DNA of 64,000 nt, from positions 45,959 to 109,958 of the forward strand of contig CANQWN010000003.1 of the NCBI GenBank assembly GCA_947627575.1. Reading direction: 5' to 3'. The DNA comes from an uncultured Clostridia bacterium (lineage in GTDB: Bacteria > Bacillota > Clostridia > Christensenellales > Borkfalkiaceae). The translations under genes were made by a program, and so were the position numbers. The notes under the pieces are model-generated. The model ran no database searches. It saw only the letters and a list, made by a program, of their open reading frames with translations, and was not told the origin of the DNA. This document shows, piece after piece, positions 16,745-25,705 of the stretch (its first letter is position 1; every line of letters starts with the position of its first letter).

Positions 16745-17517
16745 TAGAAACTTTCGAAATTACCGTTCCTCCCCTTACGGGCGACAGGAAGAGGAAGGCG
16801 TACGTCTATCTGCCCGTCGGTTACGGGGACGGCGACGGCGCATATCCCGTTATGTATATGTTCGACGGACAGAACCTGTTCGACGACGGCGAGGCTACCT
16901 ACGGCAAAAGTTGGGGGATTGCGGATTATCTCGATTTCACCCGCACCCCGCTGATAGTTGCGGGGGTGGAATGCGATAGCGTAGGGGACGGCAGGTTAAG
17001 CGAATATTCCCCCGTTCCGTTCTGTTTTCACGGCAAGCGGCTGGACGGCAAGGGCAAAAAATATATGAATTGGCTGGTGAGGGAATTCAAGCCCTTCGTG
17101 GACGCGAATTACCGCACTTTGCCGGACAGGCGCAATACCGCGATAGGCGGAAGTTCCATGGGCGGGCTGATGACGATATACGCCCTCTCCGCATACAACC
17201 GCTGTTTTTCCCGCGGGGCGGCGCTTTCCCCCAGCCTGTGGGTCGGCGGGGAAGGTGTGCCGGAATTTGTTGTAAGGGGCAGGTTTTCCCGCGATACGGT
17301 GCTGTACACCGATTACGGTAGTAAGGAATTTTCCAATCACACAGCCCAGCGCAAGGCTTTTGCAAACACGTGCGCATACCTTATGGAAAGCGGCGTAAAC
17401 GTCACTTGCCGCATAGTTCCGGGCGGAACTCATTGCGAGGCGAGCTGGCAAAAACAGGTGCCTTTCTTTATGAACGTTTTGGGGTTTTTGCCCGAGGACG
17501 AGTGCGGAGAGGAATAG
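16741..17517 (+). CDS. esterase-family alpha/beta hydrolase (PF00756-like)
   Basis: 258 aa. Carries YPVMYMFDGQNLF and GGSSMGGLMT. It overlaps the upstream gene by 4 nt. Confidence 0.68.
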   Translation: MIETFEITVPPLTGDRKRKAYVYLPVGYGDGDGAYPVMYMFDGQNLFDDGEATYGKSWGIADYLDFTRTPLIVAGVECDSVGDGRLSEYSPVPFCFHGKRLDGKGKKYMNWLVREFKPFVDANYRTLPDRRNTAIGGSSMGGLMTIYALSAYNRCFSRGAALSPSLWVGGEGVPEFVVRGRFSRDTVLYTDYGSKEFSNHTAQRKAFANTCAYLMESGVNVTCRIVPGGTHCEASWQKQVPFFMNVLGFLPEDECGEE

Positions 17518-17518
17518 T

Positions 17519-18262
17519 ATGAATATTTATTACGACAAATTTTATTCCCGCAATCTCGGCAGGGATATGGAATATAAAGTTTACGGCGACGGCGGCACGC
17601 CCGTGTTGGTGATACCCTGTCAGGGCGGCAGGTTTTACGAATTTGAGGATATGAAGATGCTTGACGTCTACGCGCCGTATATAGAACGCGGCGACGTGCA
17701 GGTGTTCACGATAGACAGCCTCGATTACGAAACGTTGGCGTGCGACGGCGATTGCCGCGCGCGCATTTGCAGGCACGAAAGCTGGATAAAATATATCGTG
17801 GAAGAGGCGTTGCCCGTCTTTTCGCACATCAACTGCGGCGATTACGGCGCAAAATTTATAGTTACGGGCATAAGCCTCGGCGCGTTACACGCGGTAAATC
17901 TCTATTTCCGCTTCCCCGAAAGGTTTACGGGTGTTATGGGGTTAAGCGGCATTTACAGCACGGATTATCATTTCGGCGATTATCACGACGAGCTTACTTA
18001 CGCAAATTCACCGCTGCAATATCTTGCCAATATGCCCCACGACCACCCCTACGCCGATATGTACCGCAACGGCAAAATTATAATCTGCGTGGGACAGGGC
18101 GCGTGGGAAAACGAAACGTTGCGCGATACCCGCGCCATTGCGGAAGTTCTTAAAAAACTCGATGTGCCCGCGTGGGTGGATATCTGGGGCGGCGACGTAA
18201 AGCACGATTGGGAATGGTGGTTCGTGCAGGCGGCGTATTTCCTGCCCAAACTTATTTATTGA
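17519..18262 (+). CDS. second esterase-family alpha/beta hydrolase
   Basis: 247 aa. Carries GISLGALHAVN at the nucleophile position. It starts 1 nt after the previous stop. Confidence 0.62.
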   Translation: MNIYYDKFYSRNLGRDMEYKVYGDGGTPVLVIPCQGGRFYEFEDMKMLDVYAPYIERGDVQVFTIDSLDYETLACDGDCRARICRHESWIKYIVEEALPVFSHINCGDYGAKFIVTGISLGALHAVNLYFRFPERFTGVMGLSGIYSTDYHFGDYHDELTYANSPLQYLANMPHDHPYADMYRNGKIIICVGQGAWENETLRDTRAIAEVLKKLDVPAWVDIWGGDVKHDWEWWFVQAAYFLPKLIY

Positions 18263-18271
18263 GGATCGCAT

Positions 18272-19459
18272 ATGAAAAATTTCGTATTTATTTCGCCTAA
18301 TTTTCCTACCAACTATTGGCGTTTCTGCGCCGAACTTAAAAACGACGGCTTCAACGTCTGCGGGATAGGCGATTGCCCCTACGACGGGCTGTCGTGGGAA
18401 CTGAAAGGCGCGCTTAACGATTATTACTGCGTATCGAGTCTTGAAAATTACGACGAGGTTTACCGCGCCGTAGCTTATTTCATACACAAGTACGGCAAGA
18501 TAGACTATATAGAAAGCAACAACGAATATTGGCTGGAACGGGACGCGTACCTGCGTACCGAATACAACGTAAAAACGGGCTTTACGGCTTCGGACGTAAA
18601 AAAGATAAAGTTCAAGTCCGAAATGAAAAAATACTATAAAAAAGCGGGCATAAAAGTTGCCGAATACTGCATAGTAAAAAGTCTTGCGGGGTGCAAAAAA
18701 TTTATCAAAAAAGTGGGCTATCCCGTAATAGTAAAACCCGATAACGGCGTGGGCGCAAACGATACTTACAAACTTTCGGACGAAGAACAGCTTAAAAAGT
18801 TTGTGCTGAATATGCCGCCCATAAGATATATTATGGAAGAGTTTATAGACGCGGAAGTGAACTCTTACGACGCGGTTATAGACGCGGCGGGCAACCCCGT
18901 ATTCGAAACGGGCAACGTAACCCCCTTTTCCATAATGGATATAGTGAACAACAACGATAACGGCGTGTATTATATGGTAAACCGTCCCTTCGACGACGTA
19001 AAGGACGCGGGCAGGCGCACCGTAAAGGCGTTCGGCGTAAAAAGCCGCTTCGTCCATTTCGAATTTTTCCGACTGAACCGCGACCAACGCATAGGCAAAA
19101 AGGGCGAGGTTGTGGCGCTGGAAGTAAATATGCGCCCCTGCGGCGGATTTTCGCCCGATATGATGAACTACGCCAACAGCACCGACGTATATAAAATCTG
19201 GGCGGACGTAATGGCTTTCGGCAAGACGGAGCTTGCGCCGGGCGAAAGATTTTACTGCGCATACGCGGGCAGGCGCGACGGCAAAGATTTCGTTCATTCC
19301 GAGGACGAGATAATAGAAAGATACCGCAACAATTTAAAAGTCATAGACCGTATCCCCGACGCGCTGTCGCCGGCAATGGGCAACGTGATGTACCTCGCAA
19401 ATTTCAAAACCGAGGCGCAGATGGACGAATTTTATTCATTCGTCCTCAAAACAAGATAA
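18272..19459 (+). CDS. ATP-grasp domain protein (carboxylate-amine ligase-like), substrate unknown
   Basis: 395 aa. Carries KSEMKKYYKKAGIKVAEY...VGYPVIVKPDNGVGA...IMEEFI...LEVNMRPCGG, the ATP-grasp layout. Confidence 0.72.
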   Translation: MKNFVFISPNFPTNYWRFCAELKNDGFNVCGIGDCPYDGLSWELKGALNDYYCVSSLENYDEVYRAVAYFIHKYGKIDYIESNNEYWLERDAYLRTEYNVKTGFTASDVKKIKFKSEMKKYYKKAGIKVAEYCIVKSLAGCKKFIKKVGYPVIVKPDNGVGANDTYKLSDEEQLKKFVLNMPPIRYIMEEFIDAEVNSYDAVIDAAGNPVFETGNVTPFSIMDIVNNNDNGVYYMVNRPFDDVKDAGRRTVKAFGVKSRFVHFEFFRLNRDQRIGKKGEVVALEVNMRPCGGFSPDMMNYANSTDVYKIWADVMAFGKTELAPGERFYCAYAGRRDGKDFVHSEDEIIERYRNNLKVIDRIPDALSPAMGNVMYLANFKTEAQMDEFYSFVLKTR

Positions 19460-19501
19460 GTTGCCGCCGCAGGGCGCAACGGGCTTAAAACCGCATACTT
19501 C

Positions 19502-19535
19502 GGCGGACGGACTGTGACCGTCCGCCTTTATTTTA
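19502..19535 (+). terminator. rho-independent terminator ending the GH3-to-ATP-grasp unit
   Basis: GGCGGACGG-ACTGTGA-CCGTCCGCC followed by TTTATTTTA. Confidence 0.6.
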
Positions 19536-19601
19536 CCTTCAAAAGTCATAAAACGCTTCAAACGGCAGTAAAGTATTATACACATATTTTTGGAGGCGTT
19601 T

Positions 19602-21077
19602 ATGCTTGATTACAACGTTTACGAGGACATCGCCAGAAGAAGCGGCGGGGATATCTATATAGGCGTCGTGGGGCCCGTCCGCACGGGCAAGTCCACGCTG
19701 ATTAAAAAATTTATGAGCGAACTCGTCATACCAAGCGTCGCCGACGCCAACGCCAAAAGCGTAATGGTGGACGAACTTCCCCAATCCGCCGCGGGGAAGA
19801 CGGTTATGACTACCGAACCCAAATTCGTACCCGCCAAAGCGGCGGAAGTGGGCATTGAAAACGCGACGGCGCGCGTAAGGCTTATCGACTGCGTGGGCTT
19901 CCCCGCGGAGGGCGCTTCGGGCTTTGAAGAGGACGGCAAGCCGAGGCTTGTAAACACCCCGTGGTCGTCTTCGCCGATGCCCCTTGCCGAGGCGGCGGCT
20001 ATCGGCACGCAGAAAGTTATCACCGAACATTCCACGATAGGCATAATAGTTACCTGCGACGGCAGCTTCGGCGAAATCCCGCGCATGGGCTATGTGGCGG
20101 CGGAGGAACGCACGGTAAAAAGCCTTGCCGCGTTGGGCAAACCTTTCGTCGTCGTCCTCAACAGCGCGCACCCCGAAGCCGAGGAAACGGTAAATTTAAG
20201 CAAATCCCTGTCCGAAAAGTACGGCGCGGCGGTGGTTGCGGCGGACTGCGAAAATATCGGGCGGGAAGGACTGCTTGAAATACTGAAAGCGGTGCTGTTT
20301 GAATTCCCCGTCCTGTCTTTCGACGTGGAAATCCCCGAATGGATGAGTTTTCTCCCCCGCGACTGCACGGCTGTGCGCCAGCTTCTCGAAAGGGTGAAAG
20401 CCGTCGCGCCCGAAGTGTGCAAGATGCGCGATTGCGCCGCGTTTGACAAGATGTTTGAAGATTGCCCCATGTGGCAACCCGCCGTAAACGTTAAACTCGA
20501 CCTCGCCGAAGGCAGGGCGTGCGTTGCGGCTTCTCCCAAAGACGGGATATTTTTCGAGATGCTTTCCGAAATTTCGGGCGACGACATTTCGGACGAGTGT
20601 TCGCTTATGCGCTACGTAAGCGGCGCGGCGGAAGCGAAGCGCAATTATTCCAAGATAAAGGACGCGATGGAATGCGCCCGCGTCAACGGCTACGGCATAG
20701 TCCAGCCCGACGACGCCGAAATGAGTTTTGAACGCCCGCAGGTTGTCAGGAAGAACGGCAACGTCGGCATAAAATTAAAAGCCACGGCGCCCAGCTATCA
20801 CATAGTCAAGGTGGACGTCGCGGGCGAAGTAAGCCCCATTATGGGCAGCGCCGGCAGCAGCGAGGCGATAGTTACGGGTATGATGCAGGGCTTTGAAACA
20901 AACCCCGAAGTAACGTGGGAAACAAACGTGTTCGGCAAATCGCTAAAAGGTATGGTAAAGGACGGACTTTCCGGCAAAGCCAATTGCATGCACGACGACA
21001 CAAAGGCGAAAATGCGCCGCGCAATCACGCGGATAGTGAACGAGGGCAGGGGCGGAGTTATCTGCATTTTGCTGTAA
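19602..21077 (+). CDS. spoIVA: stage IV sporulation protein A (spore coat morphogenetic ATPase)
   Basis: Starts at MLDYNVYEDIARRSGGDIYIGVVGPVRTGKSTLIKKFM (Walker A), preceded by GGAGG. The C-terminus ends with GRGGVICILL. Confidence 0.92.
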   Translation: MLDYNVYEDIARRSGGDIYIGVVGPVRTGKSTLIKKFMSELVIPSVADANAKSVMVDELPQSAAGKTVMTTEPKFVPAKAAEVGIENATARVRLIDCVGFPAEGASGFEEDGKPRLVNTPWSSSPMPLAEAAAIGTQKVITEHSTIGIIVTCDGSFGEIPRMGYVAAEERTVKSLAALGKPFVVVLNSAHPEAEETVNLSKSLSEKYGAAVVAADCENIGREGLLEILKAVLFEFPVLSFDVEIPEWMSFLPRDCTAVRQLLERVKAVAPEVCKMRDCAAFDKMFEDCPMWQPAVNVKLDLAEGRACVAASPKDGIFFEMLSEISGDDISDECSLMRYVSGAAEAKRNYSKIKDAMECARVNGYGIVQPDDAEMSFERPQVVRKNGNVGIKLKATAPSYHIVKVDVAGEVSPIMGSAGSSEAIVTGMMQGFETNPEVTWETNVFGKSLKGMVKDGLSGKANCMHDDTKAKMRRAITRIVNEGRGGVICILL

Positions 21078-21209
21078 AAACGGCGGAAAATCCCCCAAAA
21101 ACGCCCGTTTCAGCCCTTAAAACGGCATTGTTTAATCTAATTAGGAATAAATTTTAACCTGACGTGAAAAACTGATTTATACTGATAGATAAGTAATGAA
21201 GGTGAAGGT

Positions 21210-21425
21210 ATGTACAAAAGGATAAGAGATTTAAGAGAGGACAGGGATCTTACCCAAACACAGGTGGCTAAAATGCTTGAAATGTCCCAGACGGGGTATT
21301 CGAAGTACGAAACGGGCGAAAACGATATTCCCACTTCCGCGCTTATAAAACTTGCCAGATTTTACGGCGTAAGCGTGGATTACCTTCTGGGCGAAACGGA
21401 CGTCGAAAACAGATATCCGGAGTGA
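21210..21425 (+). CDS. XRE-family HTH transcriptional regulator (71 aa)
   Basis: MYKRIRDLREDRDLTQTQVAKMLEMSQTGYSKYETGENDIPTSALIKLARFYGVSVDYLLGETD, a canonical Cro/C1 HTH. Confidence 0.8.
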   Translation: MYKRIRDLREDRDLTQTQVAKMLEMSQTGYSKYETGENDIPTSALIKLARFYGVSVDYLLGETDVENRYPE

Positions 21426-21426
21426 G

Positions 21427-21462
21427 AAAACGGGCGGACCTTTAAAGTCCGCCCGTTTTTTT
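21427..21462. terminator. bidirectional terminator
   Basis: CGGGCGGAC-CTTTAAA-GTCCGCCCG with a T7 run downstream and an A-run upstream. Confidence 0.6.
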
Positions 21463-21486
21463 GCGCCGCCTTATTTTTTTTGCGCT

Positions 21487-21651
21487 TCAATCCTTTTTAT
21501 CGCCCGTTTTAACGTCTTCGGGCACAATCGCGTCGGGGACGAACGCCTTGCCGTCGCCGTTGTAAAGCGCCGGCTCGTCTTTCAGACTCATGATGTAAGC
21601 CAAATACTGTTCTTCGTTAAGTTTGGTTATTTTTTTCTTGCGCTTTCCCAT
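21487..21651 (-). CDS. 54-aa hypothetical protein (below the ORF-track cutoff)
   Basis: My own minus-strand translation reads MGKRKKKITKLNEEQYLAYIMSLKDEPALYNGDGKAFVPDAIVPEDVKTGDKKD. A GAGG lies about 9 nt upstream, and the ORF converges on the bidirectional terminator. Confidence 0.4.
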   Translation of the reverse strand: MGKRKKKITKLNEEQYLAYIMSLKDEPALYNGDGKAFVPDAIVPEDVKTGDKKD

Positions 21652-21955
21652 AGTTAAAACCTCGCTTTGAATTTTATTATGTTCAAACGCGCGTAAATTA
21701 TTCTCCGCGCGGCGTTTATAAGGTATGCGCCGCCTGCCGCCGCAAGGCCGCCGCCGCCCCCGTAAAAGGGGCGAAATGGCTTTCGACGGGGCATATATGG
21801 GGGGTAAATTTTAATTTTTTTTAAAAATCGTCAAAAAATCATTTCAATTATATTTACTTTTGCTTTAATTTGGTGTAAACTATATTCAGGATTTAGGCCG
21901 TTGCGTTTCCACAAGGGGGAAAGTTTTGCGCGCGGCTATATACGAGGAGTTTGAA

Positions 21956-23809
21956 ATGGCAAAGGATAATTCCGGCGCGCCCGAAGTGCGTATGCCCAAA
22001 AAAGCGGACATAATTTTAAAGACGGAACAGCAGATTTCGTTTAAATTAGACGAGTTGATGAATCAGGTCAAGCTCGCCAATTCGCGTATCACGGCGGCGC
22101 TGGCGCTTTTCGAAAAGAACTCGCAGGATAACAACCTGCTTTCCAAACAGATGAGCGAGGTTTTCCTTCAGCTCGAAAACGAAAACAAAGCGTTGAAGCA
22201 AGAACTTTTGTATCTTGCCAAACAAAACGAAAATATTTACACGGGGCTTAACGAAAATATCCGCCAGATTTCGGAAAAGTTGGAATCGGGCGTAAACCTT
22301 TCGTCCGCACAGCCCGTGGCAACGGTTGCCGCCATTCCCGCGGAGCCTGCGGAAGTGGATTACGATCTGCTTGCCCGCAAAGTTGCCGAACTTGTTTCCA
22401 CGCACGAACAGCTTTCACCCGATTACATCGCTTCCAAAGTGGCAGAGCAGATAGTTATCCCCGCGCCTGCCGAAGGGGAAGCCCGTCCCGTAGCCGCCGT
22501 CGCGCCCGTAGCCGTTCCCGTACAGGCGGAAATCGACGCAGACGACCTTGCGGATAAAATCGCCGTGCGCGTGGGCTCGCTTAAAGCCGAAGATTTTGAA
22601 ATTCTTGTAGACGACGAAGGGTGCGAATCTATTTCCAAGGAAGTTGCCGAACATCTCAATTACGACGTAATCTGCGCGTCCATAGCCGAAAAATTGAGCG
22701 GAATGATAGATTCCGCCGTCCTCAACGAACCCGACTACGAGGAAATGGCGCACAAGATAAGCGAAAACATAAACGTTACGGGCATCAGCGAAGATTCGAT
22801 TGCGGAAAAGACGGCGGAAGCCATTTCCAACCGTCTGCCCGAAGTGGATTCGGACGAGATTGCGGATAAGGTAACCGCTTCCGTACTCGAAGCCATTCAC
22901 GAAAACCCCGTTGTGGATAACGACGTAATCTGCGCCAACATAAGCGATAAACTTATCCAATCGCAGGAAGACCGCGATTACGACATCGTCATTGACGAAG
23001 AGGGCATATCCAAAATTACTGACGTCGTTACCGAAGAGGTTCAGGGCGTAACAAAGGAAAGGTTCGATAAAGTTGACGAAGAGATAAAGGAAATAAAAGC
23101 CCTGCTTGCGGCTGGCGCGGTAGTTGCCACCGCGGGCGAAATAGCCGCCGCGCAGAATTATGAAAGTTACGTTGCGGAAGACAGCCTTGTAACCGTAAGC
23201 GACATAGTTGTGCCCGCCTCCGACGAGGAAGAGGAAAAGACGGAATTGGACGAGGTTGTGGAAGAGATAGCGGAGGAACCCGTTGCGGGCGAAATTTTCG
23301 ACGACGGCGTGGAAGGCGGCGTGGATTTCGCGCATATGATGAAGTACAACCGCAGTTTCATAGCGAGGATAATACAGGGCACGGACGAACAGAAGGCTTA
23401 TTACGGCGAAGTTAAAACGGCGTTGCTTTCCTATAAAAAGGTAAATTCCAACGTGGCGTGGGGCGCGGAGCGCTTCAACAAGGGCAGGGAAACAATTGCC
23501 AAATTCAAAATCCGCGGCAAAACGCTTTGCCTCTATCTCGCCCTCGACCCCAACGAATTCAAAACTTCCGTATATCATCAGGTGGACGTTTCGGACAACA
23601 AGTCGATGCACGGCACGCCTATGATGGTAAAGATAAAAAGCCCGTTGGGCGTAAAGAAGGCGATAAGGCTTATAGACGAAATGCTTGCCCGCAGGGACGG
23701 GGTAAAGCATAAGATACAGGCGCGCGATTACGCGGCGATGTATCCTTACGAAAGTATGGAACAGCTTATCGAGGACGGACTTGTAAAGGACGTAAGAAAG
23801 GAAAACTGA
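21956..23809 (+). CDS. acidic repeat protein of unknown function (coiled-coil N-terminus, ~8 short helical repeats, conserved-looking basic C-terminal domain)
   Basis: Starts at MAKDNSGAPE, preceded by GAGGAG. The recurring motif D-x-(I/L)-(A/C)-x-K-(I/V)-(A/S)-E appears as IASKVAEQI, LADKIAVRV, ICASIAEKL, MAHKISENI, IAEKTAEAI, IADKVTASV and ICANISDKL. The C-terminus reads FAHMMKYNRSFIARIIQ...MVKIKSPLGVKKAIRLIDEM. Confidence 0.7.
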   Translation: MAKDNSGAPEVRMPKKADIILKTEQQISFKLDELMNQVKLANSRITAALALFEKNSQDNNLLSKQMSEVFLQLENENKALKQELLYLAKQNENIYTGLNENIRQISEKLESGVNLSSAQPVATVAAIPAEPAEVDYDLLARKVAELVSTHEQLSPDYIASKVAEQIVIPAPAEGEARPVAAVAPVAVPVQAEIDADDLADKIAVRVGSLKAEDFEILVDDEGCESISKEVAEHLNYDVICASIAEKLSGMIDSAVLNEPDYEEMAHKISENINVTGISEDSIAEKTAEAISNRLPEVDSDEIADKVTASVLEAIHENPVVDNDVICANISDKLIQSQEDRDYDIVIDEEGISKITDVVTEEVQGVTKERFDKVDEEIKEIKALLAAGAVVATAGEIAAAQNYESYVAEDSLVTVSDIVVPASDEEEEKTELDEVVEEIAEEPVAGEIFDDGVEGGVDFAHMMKYNRSFIARIIQGTDEQKAYYGEVKTALLSYKKVNSNVAWGAERFNKGRETIAKFKIRGKTLCLYLALDPNEFKTSVYHQVDVSDNKSMHGTPMMVKIKSPLGVKKAIRLIDEMLARRDGVKHKIQARDYAAMYPYESMEQLIEDGLVKDVRKEN

Positions 23810-23822
23810 AATCGATATAACG

Positions 23823-23857
23823 CGGGGGGTTGATTTTTTCACCCCCCGTTTATCTTT
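23823..23857 (+). terminator. rho-independent terminator
   Basis: CGGGGGGT / ACCCCCCG stem followed by TTTATCTTT. Confidence 0.55.
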
Positions 23858-23869
23858 AAAGAGGTATAG

Positions 23870-25705
23870 ATGGAAAACGAACAGAACAAAGACAGGCGGG
23901 CGCCCCGTTTGGCGGTAAAGCCCCGCAAACAGCGGCAGCCCGCCGCAAAAAAGCCTGTAAAGCCGCAGGCCGCCAAAGCGGAAAAACCCGCAAAACAGGC
24001 TAAACCCGCAAAAGCGACGTCGGCGCAGACCGCAAACCGCAGGCACGTGAAGCGGGGCGCAAAACCCGTAAAACTTATATTTTTGGGCGGCGTGGGCGAG
24101 ATAGGAAAAAATATGACCGCCATAGAGTGCGGCGACGATATAATAGTTATCGACGCGGGCGCGATTTTCCCCACGGACGAAACGCCCGGGATAGATTTGA
24201 TAGTGCCTGATATTTCCTACCTGACGGAAAACAGGCGTAAAGTGCGCGCGGTGCTTTTGACCCACGGACACGAGGATCACATAGGCGGCATACCCTATCT
24301 TTTGAAGGAACTTAAAGCGCCCGTGGCAGGCACAAAACTTACGCTGGCGCTGGTGGACAACAAACTGCGCGAACATAAGATAAACGACGCAAAGATGATA
24401 ACCGTCGCGCCGGGGCAGACGCTTAACCTCGGCGTGTTCAAAGTGCGTTGCATAAACGTCAACCATTCCATTGCCGGCTCGCTGGCTTTTGCGATAGATA
24501 CGCCGCAGGGCACTATCTTCCACAGCGGCGATTTCAAGATGGATTTCACCCCCGTCGCGGGCGACCAGATAGAACTTAAAACCATTTCGGACATAGGCGC
24601 CGCCGGGGTGCTTTTGTATCTCGGTGAAAGCACGAATATCGAACGCCCGGGCTATACGATGAGCGAAAAAGTGGTGGGCGCCACCCTCGACAGGCTTTTC
24701 GGCGAAAACGCTTCCCGCAGGATAATAATATCCACTTTCGCTTCCAACGTGCACAGGTTAAAGCAGATAGTTGACCTTGCCGTAAAGTACGGGCGCAAGG
24801 TTGCGCTTTCGGGCAGAAGTATGTTAAGCGTGGTGGAAGCGGCGGAAAAGATAGGCGAATTGGACGTGCCGGACGGCGTGTTTGTGGACGTATCCAAAAT
24901 AAAGAACATGCGCGACGAAGAGATAGTGATAGTTTCCACGGGCAGTCAGGGAGAGCCTATGTCCGCGCTTACGCGCATGGCAAACGGCGAACTTCCCGCC
25001 GTCGCCGTGGGCGAAAACGACACGGTTATAATTTCCGCGTCGCCCATACCGGGCAACGAAAAACTTATATACAGGGTAATAAACAACCTCTACCGCAGGG
25101 GCGCGGAAGTTGTGTACGAAAGTCTGGAAAATATTCACGTTTCCGGGCACGCCTGCCGCGAAGAGCATAAAATAATGCACTCGCTGTTAAAACCTTCCTA
25201 CTTCATTCCCGTCCACGGCGAATACAGGCACCTTAAAAAGCACGCCCTGCTCGCCAAAGAATTGGGAATGGAGGAGCGCAGGATATTCATTCCCGATATA
25301 GGCAGTTGCATAGAGGTAACCAAAAACGGCATACGGCGGCTGGATAACGTCCCCGCCGGCTCCCGCCTGATAGACGGCGAAGGGGTGGAGGACGAAAAGG
25401 CGAGCGTGGTGATAAACGACAGGATACAGCTTTCCGAAGAGGGGCTGTTCATAGTGGGCATAGCCGTCTGCGGCGGACAGGTTGTCGGCGAACCGGCAAT
25501 CAATTCCCGCGGGTTCGTGTTCGATTTTCACCGCGATTACAATAAGGAAATGCGCGAAGTTATCCGCCGCGCCATTGACGGGTACGATCTTTCCGCCGGC
25601 ACCGTGGACGAACTTAAAAAGACGGTAAAGCGCAGTTTGCGCAACTATATATTCAAAAAGACCAAACAATCCCCCATGGTGGTGCCCGTGGTGGTGGAAC
25701 TGTAA
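23870..25705 (+). CDS. rnj: ribonuclease J (beta-CASP metallo-beta-lactamase) with a ~65-aa Lys/Ala/Pro-rich N-terminal extension
   Basis: Carries KLIFLGGVGEIGKNMTAIECGDDIIVIDAG, LLTHGHEDHIGGIPYL and HVSGHACREE. The N-terminus reads KPRKQRQPAAKKPVKPQAAKAEKPAKQAKPAKA. Confidence 0.92.
   Translation: MENEQNKDRRAPRLAVKPRKQRQPAAKKPVKPQAAKAEKPAKQAKPAKATSAQTANRRHVKRGAKPVKLIFLGGVGEIGKNMTAIECGDDIIVIDAGAIFPTDETPGIDLIVPDISYLTENRRKVRAVLLTHGHEDHIGGIPYLLKELKAPVAGTKLTLALVDNKLREHKINDAKMITVAPGQTLNLGVFKVRCINVNHSIAGSLAFAIDTPQGTIFHSGDFKMDFTPVAGDQIELKTISDIGAAGVLLYLGESTNIERPGYTMSEKVVGATLDRLFGENASRRIIISTFASNVHRLKQIVDLAVKYGRKVALSGRSMLSVVEAAEKIGELDVPDGVFVDVSKIKNMRDEEIVIVSTGSQGEPMSALTRMANGELPAVAVGENDTVIISASPIPGNEKLIYRVINNLYRRGAEVVYESLENIHVSGHACREEHKIMHSLLKPSYFIPVHGEYRHLKKHALLAKELGMEERRIFIPDIGSCIEVTKNGIRRLDNVPAGSRLIDGEGVEDEKASVVINDRIQLSEEGLFIVGIAVCGGQVVGEPAINSRGFVFDFHRDYNKEMREVIRRAIDGYDLSAGTVDELKKTVKRSLRNYIFKKTKQSPMVVPVVVEL

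Noticed and set aside
18008-19297. 429-aa minus-strand ORF opposite the ATP-grasp gene
   Set aside because: Shadow frame with a Phe/Val/Tyr/Arg-rich translation and no recognisable domain. The plus strand carries ATP-grasp motifs.
22415-24754. 779-aa minus-strand ORF spanning the acidic-protein gene, a terminator and rnj
   Set aside because: It crosses an intergenic terminator and lies antisense to RNase J, whose motifs are unambiguous. The host avoids TTA/CTA/TCA codons, which leaves antisense frames open. The same reasoning applies to 34107-35342, 37180-38181, 39058-40056, 40360-41367, 42882-43811, 49015-50451 and 59950-60909.
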